Positions 1 through 8,944 of a stretch of 34,482 nt of DNA are shown piece by piece. The stretch is from Octopus bimaculoides. Taxonomy: Eukaryota. The stretch covers positions 32,828,319-32,862,800 of the forward strand of contig NC_069004.1 in assembly GCF_001194135.2 (NCBI RefSeq), given 5' to 3'. The stretch's first letter is position 1, and each line of letters opens with the position of its first letter. The position numbers and the translations under genes were made by a program. The notes under the pieces are model-generated. The model searched no databases and had not been told where the DNA came from. It saw nothing but the letters and a program-made list of their open reading frames with translations.

Positions 1-221
1 GGCAAACAGGACACAGTCGTGTGTCGATAAGCCAGCTGGAGGAGATGTCCTCCTGGGGCTAAAAGCAACAGTAACATCCACCCCTAGGGGTCAGCCACAC
101 TTAAGTGGCAATATACTACACTTTATCGTGCAGTTACTGTTAATACTTCATTTAGAGAATTAACATTGCTTATATATATATATATATGTTTAAAACTTGT
201 TCATTTTCTGCATGTCTTTAA

Positions 222-345
222 CCCTTTCATTACTAGATTTCTGTTGAGATGCTCTGTGTTTCTTTCAATTAATTTTAAATATAACAAAGAATTAAGGAAA
301 ACAACTTAGTTATCATTAACCTTGTAAAGGTTCAGGCAGAAGATT
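222..345 (+). mobile_element. piggyBac-like MITE family D, truncated
   Basis: TTAA (218-221) then CCCTTT; internal sequence shared with 580-751 and 2060-2276. Confidence 0.7.
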
Positions 346-401
346 TTTTTTTTTTGTTTTTGCATTTCTTTATTGTTAATTTTTATTTCTTCTTCCACCA
401 G

Positions 402-509
402 GGTCTTCTCGACTATTTCGACAAACTCCATCTCTCTCAAATTCGGAAGTTGTATTCAATCATCAGCCAACTAGCTTTCCATAGTGACCACGATGGCGGA
501 CACACAAAA
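402..509 (+). CDS. FANCD2: FANCD2 exon E1 (108 nt, phase 0/0): GLLDYFDKLHLSQIRKLYSIISQLAFHSDHDGGHTK
   Basis: ccaccag acceptor, AAA|gtaagt donor; matches human [27 protein letters not shown]. Confidence 0.95.
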
Positions 510-579
510 GTAAGTTCCTATGTTCTGATAAATTCAAAATATGTCTAGTCTTGTTATAGAATGATCTGCAGGACGTTAA

Positions 580-751
580 CCCTTTTGTTACCATATTTAT
601 TTTGAGATGCTCTATGTTTCTTTCAGTTACTTTAGATATAACAAAGAATTTAGTAAAATAACTTAGTTATCATTAAGCTGGTGTTAGGAACATAAATTGT
701 GACTAAGGTTTGGTGGAAGATTTTAATTCAGAACTTATGAAAACAAGACAC
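580..751 (+). mobile_element. piggyBac-like MITE family D, 3' truncated
   Basis: TTAA (576-579) + CCCTTTTGTTACCA; near-identical to 2060-2276; ends at a TA/CA microsatellite. Confidence 0.8.
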
Positions 752-872
752 ATATATACACACACACTTATTCTTTATTAATACTGATGGTCCCATTCAC
801 ACATTTGTTTATACCTAAGGTATTACAAGTTAATGATAATCTATATTTATTCTTTCTCTCTTTCTCTTGTAG

Positions 873-922
873 ACAGACCTCCACATTGTGGTCAAGAAAC
901 AATTAATGAGTAACAAATTAAA
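873..922 (+). CDS. FANCD2: FANCD2 exon E2 (50 nt): TDLHIVVKKQLMSNKL(K); monoubiquitination lysine equivalent at 897-899
   Basis: Pyrimidine tract + tgtag acceptor, AA|gtaagt donor; aligns to human DDMHLVIRK561QLSS. Confidence 0.95.
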
Positions 923-1079
923 GTAAGTACAGATAATTAATTAGTCACTAATTCAATATCATTATTTTAACGTCCACTTTTTCATGTCAGCATAAGTCGG
1001 ATGACAACTGTACATTTTCACTCAGAAATTTGTTGCCTTGGAAATAATTACGTAAACCATTTTATTCTTTTTCTTGAAG

Positions 1080-1139
1080 GTATAAACAAAATGGAATCAT
1101 TGGTGGTGTTATGTTGGTAAAGAACCTTACACCTGTCAG
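1080..1139 (+). CDS. FANCD2: FANCD2 exon E3 (60 nt): (K)YKQNGIIGGVMLVKNLTPV(S)
   Basis: ttcttgaag acceptor, AG|gtaagt donor; matches human KYKLIGIIGAV; phase 2/2. Confidence 0.93.
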
Positions 1140-1450
1140 GTAAGTTATTTCATTTGGATCTAGAAACCTACCTTGCATCTCTCAGGTATGTTGTCTCCTT
1201 GGGTTTTGAACAACATGCCTGTTGTTGTTTCAATTTGATGAAGATTGCACACCTGTCAGGTATGTTGTATGTAGTTTTGAGTTGGTCAACATCTCACACC
1301 TGGCAGGTAAGTTGTGTAATGTTGATCAAGAACCACACATCTGTCTGTAAATTGTTTCGTGCTGGTGAAGACTTTTATATTTGTCAGGTATATTGTGTGG
1401 TGCTGATCAACCTCTCACACCTGTCAGGCATATTGTGTGATGTTGGTTAA
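1112..1450 (+). repeat. Degenerate ~40-47 bp tandem array derived from the E3 3' end plus 5' splice site
   Basis: Seven copies of gttggt..acacctgtcAG|GT.., with donor-like dinucleotides at 1140, 1186, 1260, 1307, 1347, 1388 and 1428 (GC). Confidence 0.85.
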
Positions 1451-1484
1451 AACCACCATTGTATTACTGGTACTAGTTTGTGCT

Positions 1485-1630
1485 TGAGAAGAGTCGTCAA
1501 ACCAAGTGAAATCATAATTGTGGCCAGTGCCAGTGATATGTAACAGCTCCTGTGCCAGTGGCACGTAAAAGGCACCTTTTCCACTGGCACATAAAAAGCA
1601 CTTTTACCAGTAACATGTGAAAGCACCAAT
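1485..1630 (+). mobile_element. Family C retro-element internal fragment with three GGCACRTAAAARGCAC-like motifs
   Basis: Similar to 3020-3120; motif repeated at ~25 bp spacing. Confidence 0.55.
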
Positions 1631-1829
1631 GTTTTCTTCAAAATATATGTCAGAAGTATAAAGATTTGAATAACTCCTGTGTTTAACTCCATTTCTTAAT
1701 TTATTTATGTTATATATATATATGTATATATACATATGTACACGTGTGTGTGTGTGTGTATGTGTCAGTTTTGTATGTCTCAACAATTTCCTGCAATTCT
1801 TACTGTTTTTGGTTTATTTGCTCCAACAG

Positions 1830-1989
1830 TGCTGATGATAATTTGGTGACACCTGAAAACGTTAAGGATGCCATTACCCTGTTGCAACTGATGAACACCA
1901 GCAGTCTGCAGATGCCCACTGCTCGTGCGCTGTTCATGGACGAGCTGTCCATGGTCATCACCCACACAAAATTACATCTGAAAGTAGAG
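1830..1989 (+). CDS. FANCD2: FANCD2 exon E4 (160 nt): ADDNLVTPENVKDAITLLQLMNTSSLQMPTARALFMDELSMVITHTKLHLKVE
   Basis: caacag acceptor, GAG|gtgagt donor; matches human SLLQLV..ASALYYDEFANLI. Confidence 0.93.
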
Positions 1990-2059
1990 GTGAGTTCTTT
2001 GAGTTCTGACTTCTTCAGTATTTTTGTGTCTTTTGCAGTTGTTAGTGGCAGTGTCTTAA

Positions 2060-2276
2060 CTCTTTTGTTACCATATTTCTGTTGAGATGTTCTGTGTTTC
2101 TTTCAATTAATTTTAAATATAACAAAGAATTTAGTAAAACAACTTCGTTATCATTCAGCTGGTGTTAGGAACATAAATTGTGACTAAGGTTTGGTGGAAG
2201 ATTTTAATTCAAAACTTTTGAAAACAAAGACATTTGTATCACAGAGGCAGTTTCAGCCAGGTTGGTATCAAAAGGG
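2060..2276 (+). mobile_element. piggyBac-like MITE family D, full length (217 bp)
   Basis: TTAA at 2056-2059 and 2277-2280; 14-bp TIRs with 12/14 match. Confidence 0.88.
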
Positions 2277-2503
2277 TTAAGCTGATCCTGATCAAGAAAA
2301 GACCTATGATCAAAGGTGCTCCATCCATGNNNNNNNNNNNNNNNNNNNNNNNNNNNNNNNNNNNNNNNNNNNNNNNNNNNNNNNNNNNNNNNNNNNNNNN
2401 NNNNNNNNNNNNNNNNNNNNNNNNNNNNNNNNNNNNNNNNNNNNNNNNNNNNNNNNNNNNNNNNNNNNNNNNNNNNNNNNNNNNNNNNNNNNNNNNNNNN
2501 NNN

Positions 2504-2538
<35 letters not shown>

Positions 2539-2622
2539 TCCCTCTCTACAATTCTGATCACAGTCAATTCTTATAGTGAAAAGAATTATTATTTATCGGT
2601 TTCTGTCGTCTTTATTCCTCAG

Positions 2623-2699
2623 GAATGGATAGAAGAGAACGTTATTGCAGACTTCCAGGACAGTTATGTGATCGATGTTCAGGATGACTACTTGACAAA
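2623..2699 (+). CDS. FANCD2: FANCD2 exon E5 (77 nt): EWIEENVIADFQDSYVIDVQDDYLT(K)
   Basis: cctcag acceptor, AA|gtaag donor; matches human EWVGHTICNDFQDAFVVD. Confidence 0.94.
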
Positions 2700-2705
2700 G
2701 TAAGA

Positions 2706-2806
2706 ACTACTAATACTACTACTATCACTACTACTACCACCACCACCACTATTACTGCCACCACCGCTATTACTGCCACCACCACTATTACTACTACCAC
2801 CACCAT
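2706..2806. repeat. (ACT/ACC)n trinucleotide tract with 18-bp higher-order unit
   Basis: actattactgccaccacc-like unit repeated about 3-4 times directly after the E5 donor. Confidence 0.8.
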
Positions 2807-2809
2807 CAA

Positions 2810-3275
2810 GCTTTGAGCCTCACAGAGGCAATAACTTGTGGCTGAGACCTTTGGTGATGTGCTGTGCTTCAGAGGACCCGTCAAGCCAAATGCACCCATT
2901 CTGGTGGCACATAACAAACACCTTTCGAGCGTTGGGACTCACAAAGACAAAGTGGCTGAGTTCCTTTCGAGCATTGGGCTTCATGGAAGCAATGACAGCC
3001 CTTTGACATTATGTCATACTTGAGAAGAAGACCCATCAAGCTGAGCAAAACTGCAGTCATGGCAGATACCAGTGTCACGCAAATGGCACCTCTGCTGGTG
3101 GCACATAAAAGCACCCATTACATTCTCCAAATGGTTGGCATTAGAAAGGGCATCCAGCTGTAGAAACATTGCCAAATCAGACTGGGGCCTGGTGCAGCCT
3201 TCCAGCATGTCAGCCCAGTTAAACCGTCCAACCCATGCCAGCATGGACAACAGCCGTTAAGTGATGATGATGATT
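2810..3275 (+). mobile_element. Family C retro-element, long form with internal ~41 bp units and (GAT)n tail
   Basis: Shared 3' block ggttggcattag..gggcatccagctgtagaa..cccatgccagcatgga..taa(gat)n seen more than 10 times in the window. Confidence 0.75.
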
Positions 3276-3360
3276 AAACAGAAAATAAAAGAAGTTCTGT
3301 TTTTTAACCTAAATTCTCTCTAAAATGATTTTTACTTTTTATTTCTTTCTCTTCTCTCAG

Positions 3361-3489
3361 ACAAACTCTGCTTCCTATGGATTTCCAATATTCCTTGGAC
3401 GATGATGTTGAAGACAACATTGCCGTGATCATCTTACCACTCTTACTCTATGGAACTGCTTCTACTTCTGTCTTTGACTATGCTGAAAG
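3361..3489 (+). CDS. FANCD2: FANCD2 exon E6 (129 nt): QTLLPMDFQYSLDDDVEDNIAVIILPLLLYGTASTSVFDYAE
   Basis: Long pyrimidine tract + ctctcag, AG|gtaaag donor; matches human YGLEE..GIAINLLPLL. Confidence 0.92.
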
Positions 3490-3552
3490 GTAAAGTTAAA
3501 TTGTGAATCTCTGCAATTTCTCATTGATTTTCGCCGCCTTTACATCATTGAA

Positions 3553-3749
3553 GATGGCAAGCTGCCAGAATCCTTAACATGTTGGACAAAATGCTGAGTG
3601 GTATTCCATCTGGTATTATGTTCTGAGTTCAAATTCTGCCCAAGTCAACTTTACAATGAAATAAATGCTAGTTGCACACTGGGATCAGTGTCCTTGACTT
3701 ACCCCTTCCCCCAAAAAAATCAGGCCTTGCGCCTATAATAGAAAGGGAT
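3553..3749 (+). mobile_element. tRNA-headed SINE family B
   Basis: gctgccagaatc head, GAGTTCAAATTC B-box-like motif, ggccttgcgcct..agaaaggat tail shared with 10499-10665 and 19270-19490. Confidence 0.7.
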
Positions 3750-3855
3750 CTTTATTGTCATCCCTGCTTCTTCCTTATTTTCATTGATGTTGTCATTGTT
3801 ATTAACTAAAGTCATCCCTCTTTCTTTCTTTCTTTTCTATATATATCCTTTGTAG

Positions 3856-3956
3856 TAGCCTGTCATCTCCTTTGTGTCTCGTGCCTACCCTTCGTCTCCT
3901 TGGAGTCCACCAGTTACAGAGAAACAATAACCTTGACAACATCATGGCCTTATTAG
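3856..3956 (+). CDS. FANCD2: FANCD2 exon E7 (101 nt; NAGNAG acceptor, alternative start 3859): SLSSPLCLVPTLRLLGVHQLQRNNNLDNIMALL(G)
   Basis: tgTAGTAG acceptor, G|gtgagg donor; matches human SPLCLAPYFRLLR..NGNLEEIDGLL. Confidence 0.93.
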
Positions 3957-4237
3957 GTGAGGGAGGAGGAGGATTTTGAAATTTCAACGTTTTTGAATTC
4001 CTATTTTTGTTGTTACCATTTTTTTAAAGCCTTTGTTAATTATAGATTGTCTTCTTAGAATCACTTTTTTTCATGGGAATTACTGTTTATAATGATGTTT
4101 AATGCTAATGAAACAGCTGTTGAGCACATGAATTACTTGTCACCTTAAGCGAGTGTCTTCTATTAAACCCCAGGTTGACTAATGCTTTGTAAGTGAATTA
4201 GATGGAAACTGTATAGAAGCCTGTCCCGTATATATAT

Positions 4238-4420
4238 ATCATCATCATCATTTAACGTCTGCTTTCCATGCTGGCATGGGTTAGATGATATGATTGGAAC
4301 TGTAAACCAGAGAGCTGCACCAGGTTCCAGTCTGATTTGGCATGGTTTCTATGGCTGGATGCCCTTCCTGACTCCAACCACTCTAAGAGTGTAATGGGTG
4401 TTTTTTACGTGCCACTGGCA
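4238..4420 (-). mobile_element. Family C element (reverse)
   Basis: (atc)n tttaacgtc..ccatgctggcatggg..gctggatgcccttcct = reverse complement of the family C tail. Confidence 0.8.
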
Positions 4421-4640
4421 CAGGTTCTTCTATGTGTGTATGTGTGAGAGAGAGAGAGAGTGTGTGTGTATATAGTTCAATACAGAGCAAGTAATTCACG
4501 AGAAAAATAATTTACGAAGAAATAACTTGTGACTCTGTTACTATCTAGTGTAACAATTTAAAAATGATAATATCAGAATTGATAATATAGGCGATTTTAG
4601 GACCCCCCCCCCCAAAAAAAAAGCATTAAATAGCTGAAGG

Positions 4641-4782
4641 ATTAAAATTAATCAAAGGACATACTAAGTATGTCTACCTGCTAGAAATAACAGTCACTCT
4701 TATTTTGGCAATTTAAATAAGAGTTTTGACTGTTACTTCTAGCAGGTAGAATTACTTAGTATGTCGTTTGATTAATTTTAAT
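4641..4782. repeat. Near-perfect ~65 bp fold-back palindrome (9-nt loop), probable hairpin MITE
   Basis: Left arm 4641-4705 is the reverse complement of 4715-4782 except for about 4 mismatches and a 3-nt indel. Confidence 0.9.
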
Positions 4783-4804
4783 TATATATATATATATATA
4801 GTCT

Positions 4805-4935
4805 CAGTCATTGCGTCTGTGAGACCCAACGCTCAAGAGGAACTCAGCCACTTTGTCTCCATGAGGCCCGACACATGAAAGGAACTCGGCCACTTTACCT
4901 CCGTGAGTCCCAACGCTTGAAAGGTGCTCTTTACG
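4805..4935 (-). repeat. Three ~41 bp tandem units belonging to family C (reverse)
   Basis: gtgagacccaacgct..aggaactcagccacttt units; reverse complement of 2915-2995. Confidence 0.7.
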
Positions 4936-5007
4936 GTGCCAGTTACATGACATCAGCACTGGCAAATACACAAAGCGTATACGTCAAGTATGTGTGTCTT
5001 TGTGCTT

Positions 5008-5170
5008 GTTTATGCCCCTGTAACTTAGCGGTTCATCAAGAAGATACCAATAGAATAAGTATCAGCCTGGAAAATAAATAAATAAATAAATACTGGGATT
5101 GATTTGTTTGACTATACCCTTCAAGGTAGTGCCCCAGCATGGCCGCAGTCCAGTGATTGAATCAAGTAAA
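5008..5170 (+). mobile_element. SINE family A 3' half
   Basis: cctgtaacttagcggttc..gatagaataagta..gccccagcatggccgcag..aagtaaaa tail. Confidence 0.8.
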
Positions 5171-5422
5171 AGGTTAACCTCTGCGAAATTTATGAATTTC
5201 CTCCTTTGCCATCTAAAGATTGAGAACGAAATGTAAGGGAGATAACTCTAATCCGATTTTTAATGTGATAGAACGAAGAAAGATAACTCTAGCCCTCATT
5301 ATCTCTCTCTCTCTCTTTTCCTTTTGTCTTATTGGGAGATAACTCTAATCTATTAAGTCTAAAACGAAATTGCTATTCTTCGTCTAAACGCAGAAATTAT
5401 AATAACAAGCATTTGTAATCCT

Positions 5423-5620
5423 TTAGCTTTTACTTGTTTCGGTCTTTGGAATGCGACGATGCTGGGGCACCGCCTTGAAGAGATTTTAGTCGGTCAGTTT
5501 TTTCTTTTTTAAAGCCTGGTGCTTATTCTATCGATGTCTTTTGCCGAACTGCTAAGTTATGGGGATGTAAACGAACTAACACCGATTAAGTGGTGATGAG
5601 GGAGAAACACATACACACAC
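5423..5620 (-). mobile_element. SINE family A 3' half (reverse)
   Basis: ttttacttgtttc..atgctggggcaccgccttgaag..cttattctatcg..gccgaactgctaagtta. Confidence 0.8.
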
Positions 5621-5676
5621 ATCGATATATATCGTCCAATCCATGCCAGCATGAAAAACAGACATTAAATGATGAT

Positions 5677-6000
5677 ACATGGTTCTGGGTTCAGTCCCAC
5701 TGAGTGACACCTTGGACAAATGTCTTCTGCTATAGTCTTGGGCGAACCAAAGCCTTGTGAGTGGATTTGGTTGACGGAAACTGGAAGAAGTGTGTGTGTG
5801 TGTCTGCGTTTGTCGCCTACCACTGCTTAACAACCAGTGTTGGTGTGTTTACATTCCTGTAACTTAGCAATTCAGCAAAACAGAATGATAGAATAAGGAA
5901 CAGGCTTAAAATGAATGAGTACAGGGGTTGATTTGTTCAACAAAAATCGTTCAAGGTGATGCTCCAGCAAGGCCACAGTCTAATGACAGCTACAAGTAAG
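5677..6000 (+). mobile_element. SINE family A, head partly truncated
   Basis: B-box-like gggttcagtccc, caccttggacaa, ccaaagccttgtgagtggatttgg, family tail. Confidence 0.82.
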
Positions 6001-6193
6001 TGATGAGAGATAAGAAAATCCTAGTTCAAGGGAGAAGTGGGTACTATTTCTAGCAATTCAAACTTCCACATGGAGGATCATTCCTGAGCCCACAGCACAT
6101 TTCAAAGTTTGACGAGCAAGAGGAGTGATTTTTTCTTTTTTCTCTTCTGTCCCCCCATGATGAAGGTCATCTGTGATTGTTTATCTATTCTAG

Positions 6194-6309
6194 GTTGTCC
6201 GTTGTGTGTGACGACATCCCAGGTCATTGAGAAAATCGAGACAGTGTCGACCGCCGAGAAAGAAATCATATGTTCCACTTTGTTCTACACCCTGAATTGG
6301 TTTCGTGAG
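6194..6309 (+). CDS. FANCD2: FANCD2 exon E8 (116 nt): CPLCVTTSQVIEKIETVSTAEKEIICSTLFYTLNWFRE
   Basis: ttctag acceptor, GAG|gtgagt donor; conserved LNWFRE motif. Confidence 0.97.
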
Positions 6310-6449
6310 GTGAGTGTTCATCCTTTTGTTTTAATCAACCCCTGTAAAGTGGTTGGCATTAGGAAAGGCATCCAACAGTAAAGACAGTGGAGCTCGATGC
6401 AATCTTCTGACTTACCAACTCCTGGTAAGTCAGAGAACGAGTCAATTAC

Positions 6450-6550
6450 ATCAAATGTTTCACTGGTACTTAATTTATCACCCCCCAAAAGGATGAAAGG
6501 CAAAGTTGACCTTGGTGGAATTTGAACTCAGAATGGGAAGATGGATGAAT

Positions 6551-6581
<31 letters not shown>

Positions 6582-6910
6582 TGGTTTCTGATTCGGACAC
6601 AAGACCAGCTGTTTTGCGGATCAGAGATTGGTCAATAACCATCGACTGCAGAATTGTAACTGGTGCTTCAAAAGGGGTGAGAGGCAAAGTTGACTTTAGT
6701 TGGATTTGAACTCGGGCCATAAAGAAATGGAATGAATACTGTAAGGCACTTCTACTGACACCCAAACCATTCTGATAATCCACCATCTTTATCTAAGAAC
6801 TAATAACAGTTTCTGATTTCAGCAGAAGGCCAGTTATTTTGAGGGGAGGGTGTTTGTCAAGATTATCAACCCCAGAGCTGAACTTGTCTGGGGCTTCCTT
6901 TTATCGACAG
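6450..6910 (-). mobile_element. Cluster of reverse SINE family B fragments separated by (AAT)n
   Basis: Repeated aaaggatgaaaggcaaagttgac..atttgaactc (reverse B-box and core). Confidence 0.65.
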
Positions 6911-7136
6911 TACCCCCCATCACTTGCTGGTTCAATGTGCAAAAACCAGTTGAATAGAGTACTGTACTTGAAAACAAGCGTTGGCATCAGAAACGATGTC
7001 TGGCAGAAGAGCAGTTCTTTTTGTAGCCTCAACGACAATCGTATATCACAGATTCTTTTCCCCCCCTCCCCTCTCTCTCTCTCTCTCAGCCTGTCTCCCA
7101 ATCTATCTCTTTGTCTCTCTCTCTCTCTCCTTACAG

Positions 7137-7245
7137 ATCATTAACCTATTCAGCACCCAGAATGATCCGGAAGTTTCAGGCAAAGTTATTTTAAGGTTGA
7201 AGAACATCACAGACACACAAGAACTTCTGGTGAAGTGTCTGGCCG
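7137..7245 (+). CDS. FANCD2: FANCD2 exon E9 (109 nt): IINLFSTQNDPEVSGKVILRLKNITDTQELLVKCLA
   Basis: (CT)n + ttacag acceptor, G|gtgagt donor; matches human IVNAF..GKVLTRLKHI. Confidence 0.96.
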
Positions 7246-7854
7246 GTGAGTAGACAGAACTGCTGAACAAAGGTAGCACATGTAGCTTATTGTCATGTAG
7301 CTTATTGTCATGGCAATTCCCAATAAGCTCCACTTGAGTTCATCAAATGATCAAAGGCAATCTAGCCATGACCACCCCATGTTATAATATATCTAGGACT
7401 TCATTTCAACTAATGTTATATTCTAGTGGTTTTGCTGTGAATGTATGCAGAATTGTGCATTATGTGTAAATTTTGCATTTCTTTACTAAGTTTGTGTGCA
7501 TCTATGCAAGTAATCATTTTTCAAATATTTTTAATTAAAAAAGATCTTGATTTCATCTTGAAAATGCTCTGCGTCTGCACATGTTTTTTCCTATTGTCAT
7601 AAAGCATCTGCCCTAGTGACGATGAAGGATGTGATGGGAGGGTAAANNNNNNNNNNNNNNNNNNNNNNNNNNNNNNNNNNNNNNNNNNNNNNNNNNNNNN
7701 NNNNNNNNNNNNNNNNNNNNNNNNNNNNNNNNNNNNNNNNNNNNNNNNNNNNNNNNNNNNNNNNNNNNNNNNNNNNNNNNNNNNNNNNNNNNNNNNNNNN
7801 NNNNNNNNNNNNNNNNNNNNNNNNNNNNNNNNNNNNNNNNNNNNNNNNNNNNNN

Positions 7855-7943
7855 CCTGCCGTGCTCCCTGCTTCCAAATCTGCATCATCAGCAGCAGCAT
7901 CATCAACATCAGTGGCTAATGGCGGCAAACGTGCTAAGAAAAG
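7855..7943 (+). CDS. FANCD2: FANCD2 exon E10, partial (5' end in N gap): PAVLPASKSASSAAASSTSVANGGKRAKK(R)
   Basis: Open frame ending AG|gtaaag, phase-compatible with E11; basic patch like human AKIRKK; low complexity. Confidence 0.75.
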
Positions 7944-8090
7944 GTAAAGGATTGGAGGTGATCCTTTCATTGATATATATTGCATGTGTGCGTGTGTGTG
8001 TATGTGTATACATGTGTGTATGTGGCTGCATTTATGCAGGGCTGGATTAAGACCCTTACGAGCCCAAAGAACTTAAAAGATTTTAATGCC

Positions 8091-8127
<37 letters not shown>

Positions 8128-8442
8128 CACACACATATATATATAAAGATAAATTAAATATAGAGATATACTATTGACAATCCAATAATTTATTTATATC
8201 ACAATATCACAATCCATCCTACCTATGCATACATTGAAGACAGGCGTTAAATGATGATGATGATGATATATATATATGTATATTTGTTGTTTTGCTTGTG
8301 TGTAGGGATATTAATAACCTGGGGTTAGAACTCAATATACTTAGGCTTCAGAACAAAGTGTCTGTCGAGTACAGAACAGTAATAAGCAATTAGAATGACA
8401 AAGGAATTGTTTATCCTTTGCCATTCTAATTTATCTCCCCAC

Positions 8443-8475
<33 letters not shown>

Positions 8476-8482
8476 TACACAA

Positions 8483-8639
8483 CAGGCTTCCACACAGTTT
8501 CCATCTATCAAATCCATTCATAAGGCCTTGATAAGCTCAAGGCTTTAGTAGAAGATGCTATCTCAAGGTGCAACACACTGGGATTGAACCTGAAACTACA
8601 CAGTTGCAAAGCAAGGTTCTTGACCACACAGCCATGCCT
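8483..8639 (-). mobile_element. SINE family A 5' half (reverse)
   Basis: cagtttccatctatcaaatcc..gggattgaacc..accacacagccatgcct. Confidence 0.75.
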
Positions 8640-8742
8640 TCTTCGTTTTTGTTTTTCTTATATTTTGTTTTTATTTTCCAAATATCTTATAACATGCTTC
8701 CTTTATTACTCTCCTCTCACCTCTCCCCTCTTGTATTTGTAG

Positions 8743-8788
8743 GAAGAAACCCAGCAAAACCAATGAAGATTCCTGTGATGCTACAACT
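8743..8788 (+). CDS. FANCD2: FANCD2 exon E11 (46 nt): (R)KKPSKTNEDSCDATT
   Basis: Pyrimidine tract + ttgtag, ACT|gtaagt; bridges phase 2 to phase 0. Confidence 0.8.
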
Positions 8789-8944
8789 GTAAGTTCTTGG
8801 TTTACCATTCCTTTAGAACATGTTCCTGTAATATTGTGTTTTGGGACAGTCATTATGCCAATAATAATAACACACACACACTGGTTCAATATCACTTTAT
8901 TATTAGCCAAATATGTATATGTATTAGCCACTAAAGCTTTTTTT

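Noticed and set aside
1112-1450. CRISPR-like repeat-spacer appearance (also 9501-9700)
   Set aside because: Intron of a eukaryotic gene, degenerate units without unique spacers, no cas genes; explained by exon-end duplication and a TE-internal VNTR.
4875-5081. Short ORFs within SINE/family C copies (e.g. 3014-3250, 12187-12711, 14570-14860, 21077-21421)
   Set aside because: They translate non-coding repeat consensus; similar peptides recur wherever the repeat recurs, and no RT or endonuclease motifs are present.
7279-7308. 15-bp direct duplication catgtagcttattgt x2
   Set aside because: Ordinary slippage duplication with no splice-signal content.
8035-8230. Possible hAT-like element starting cagggctggattaag
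   Set aside because: The candidate right end (aatccatcct) is too weak and no target-site duplication is visible.
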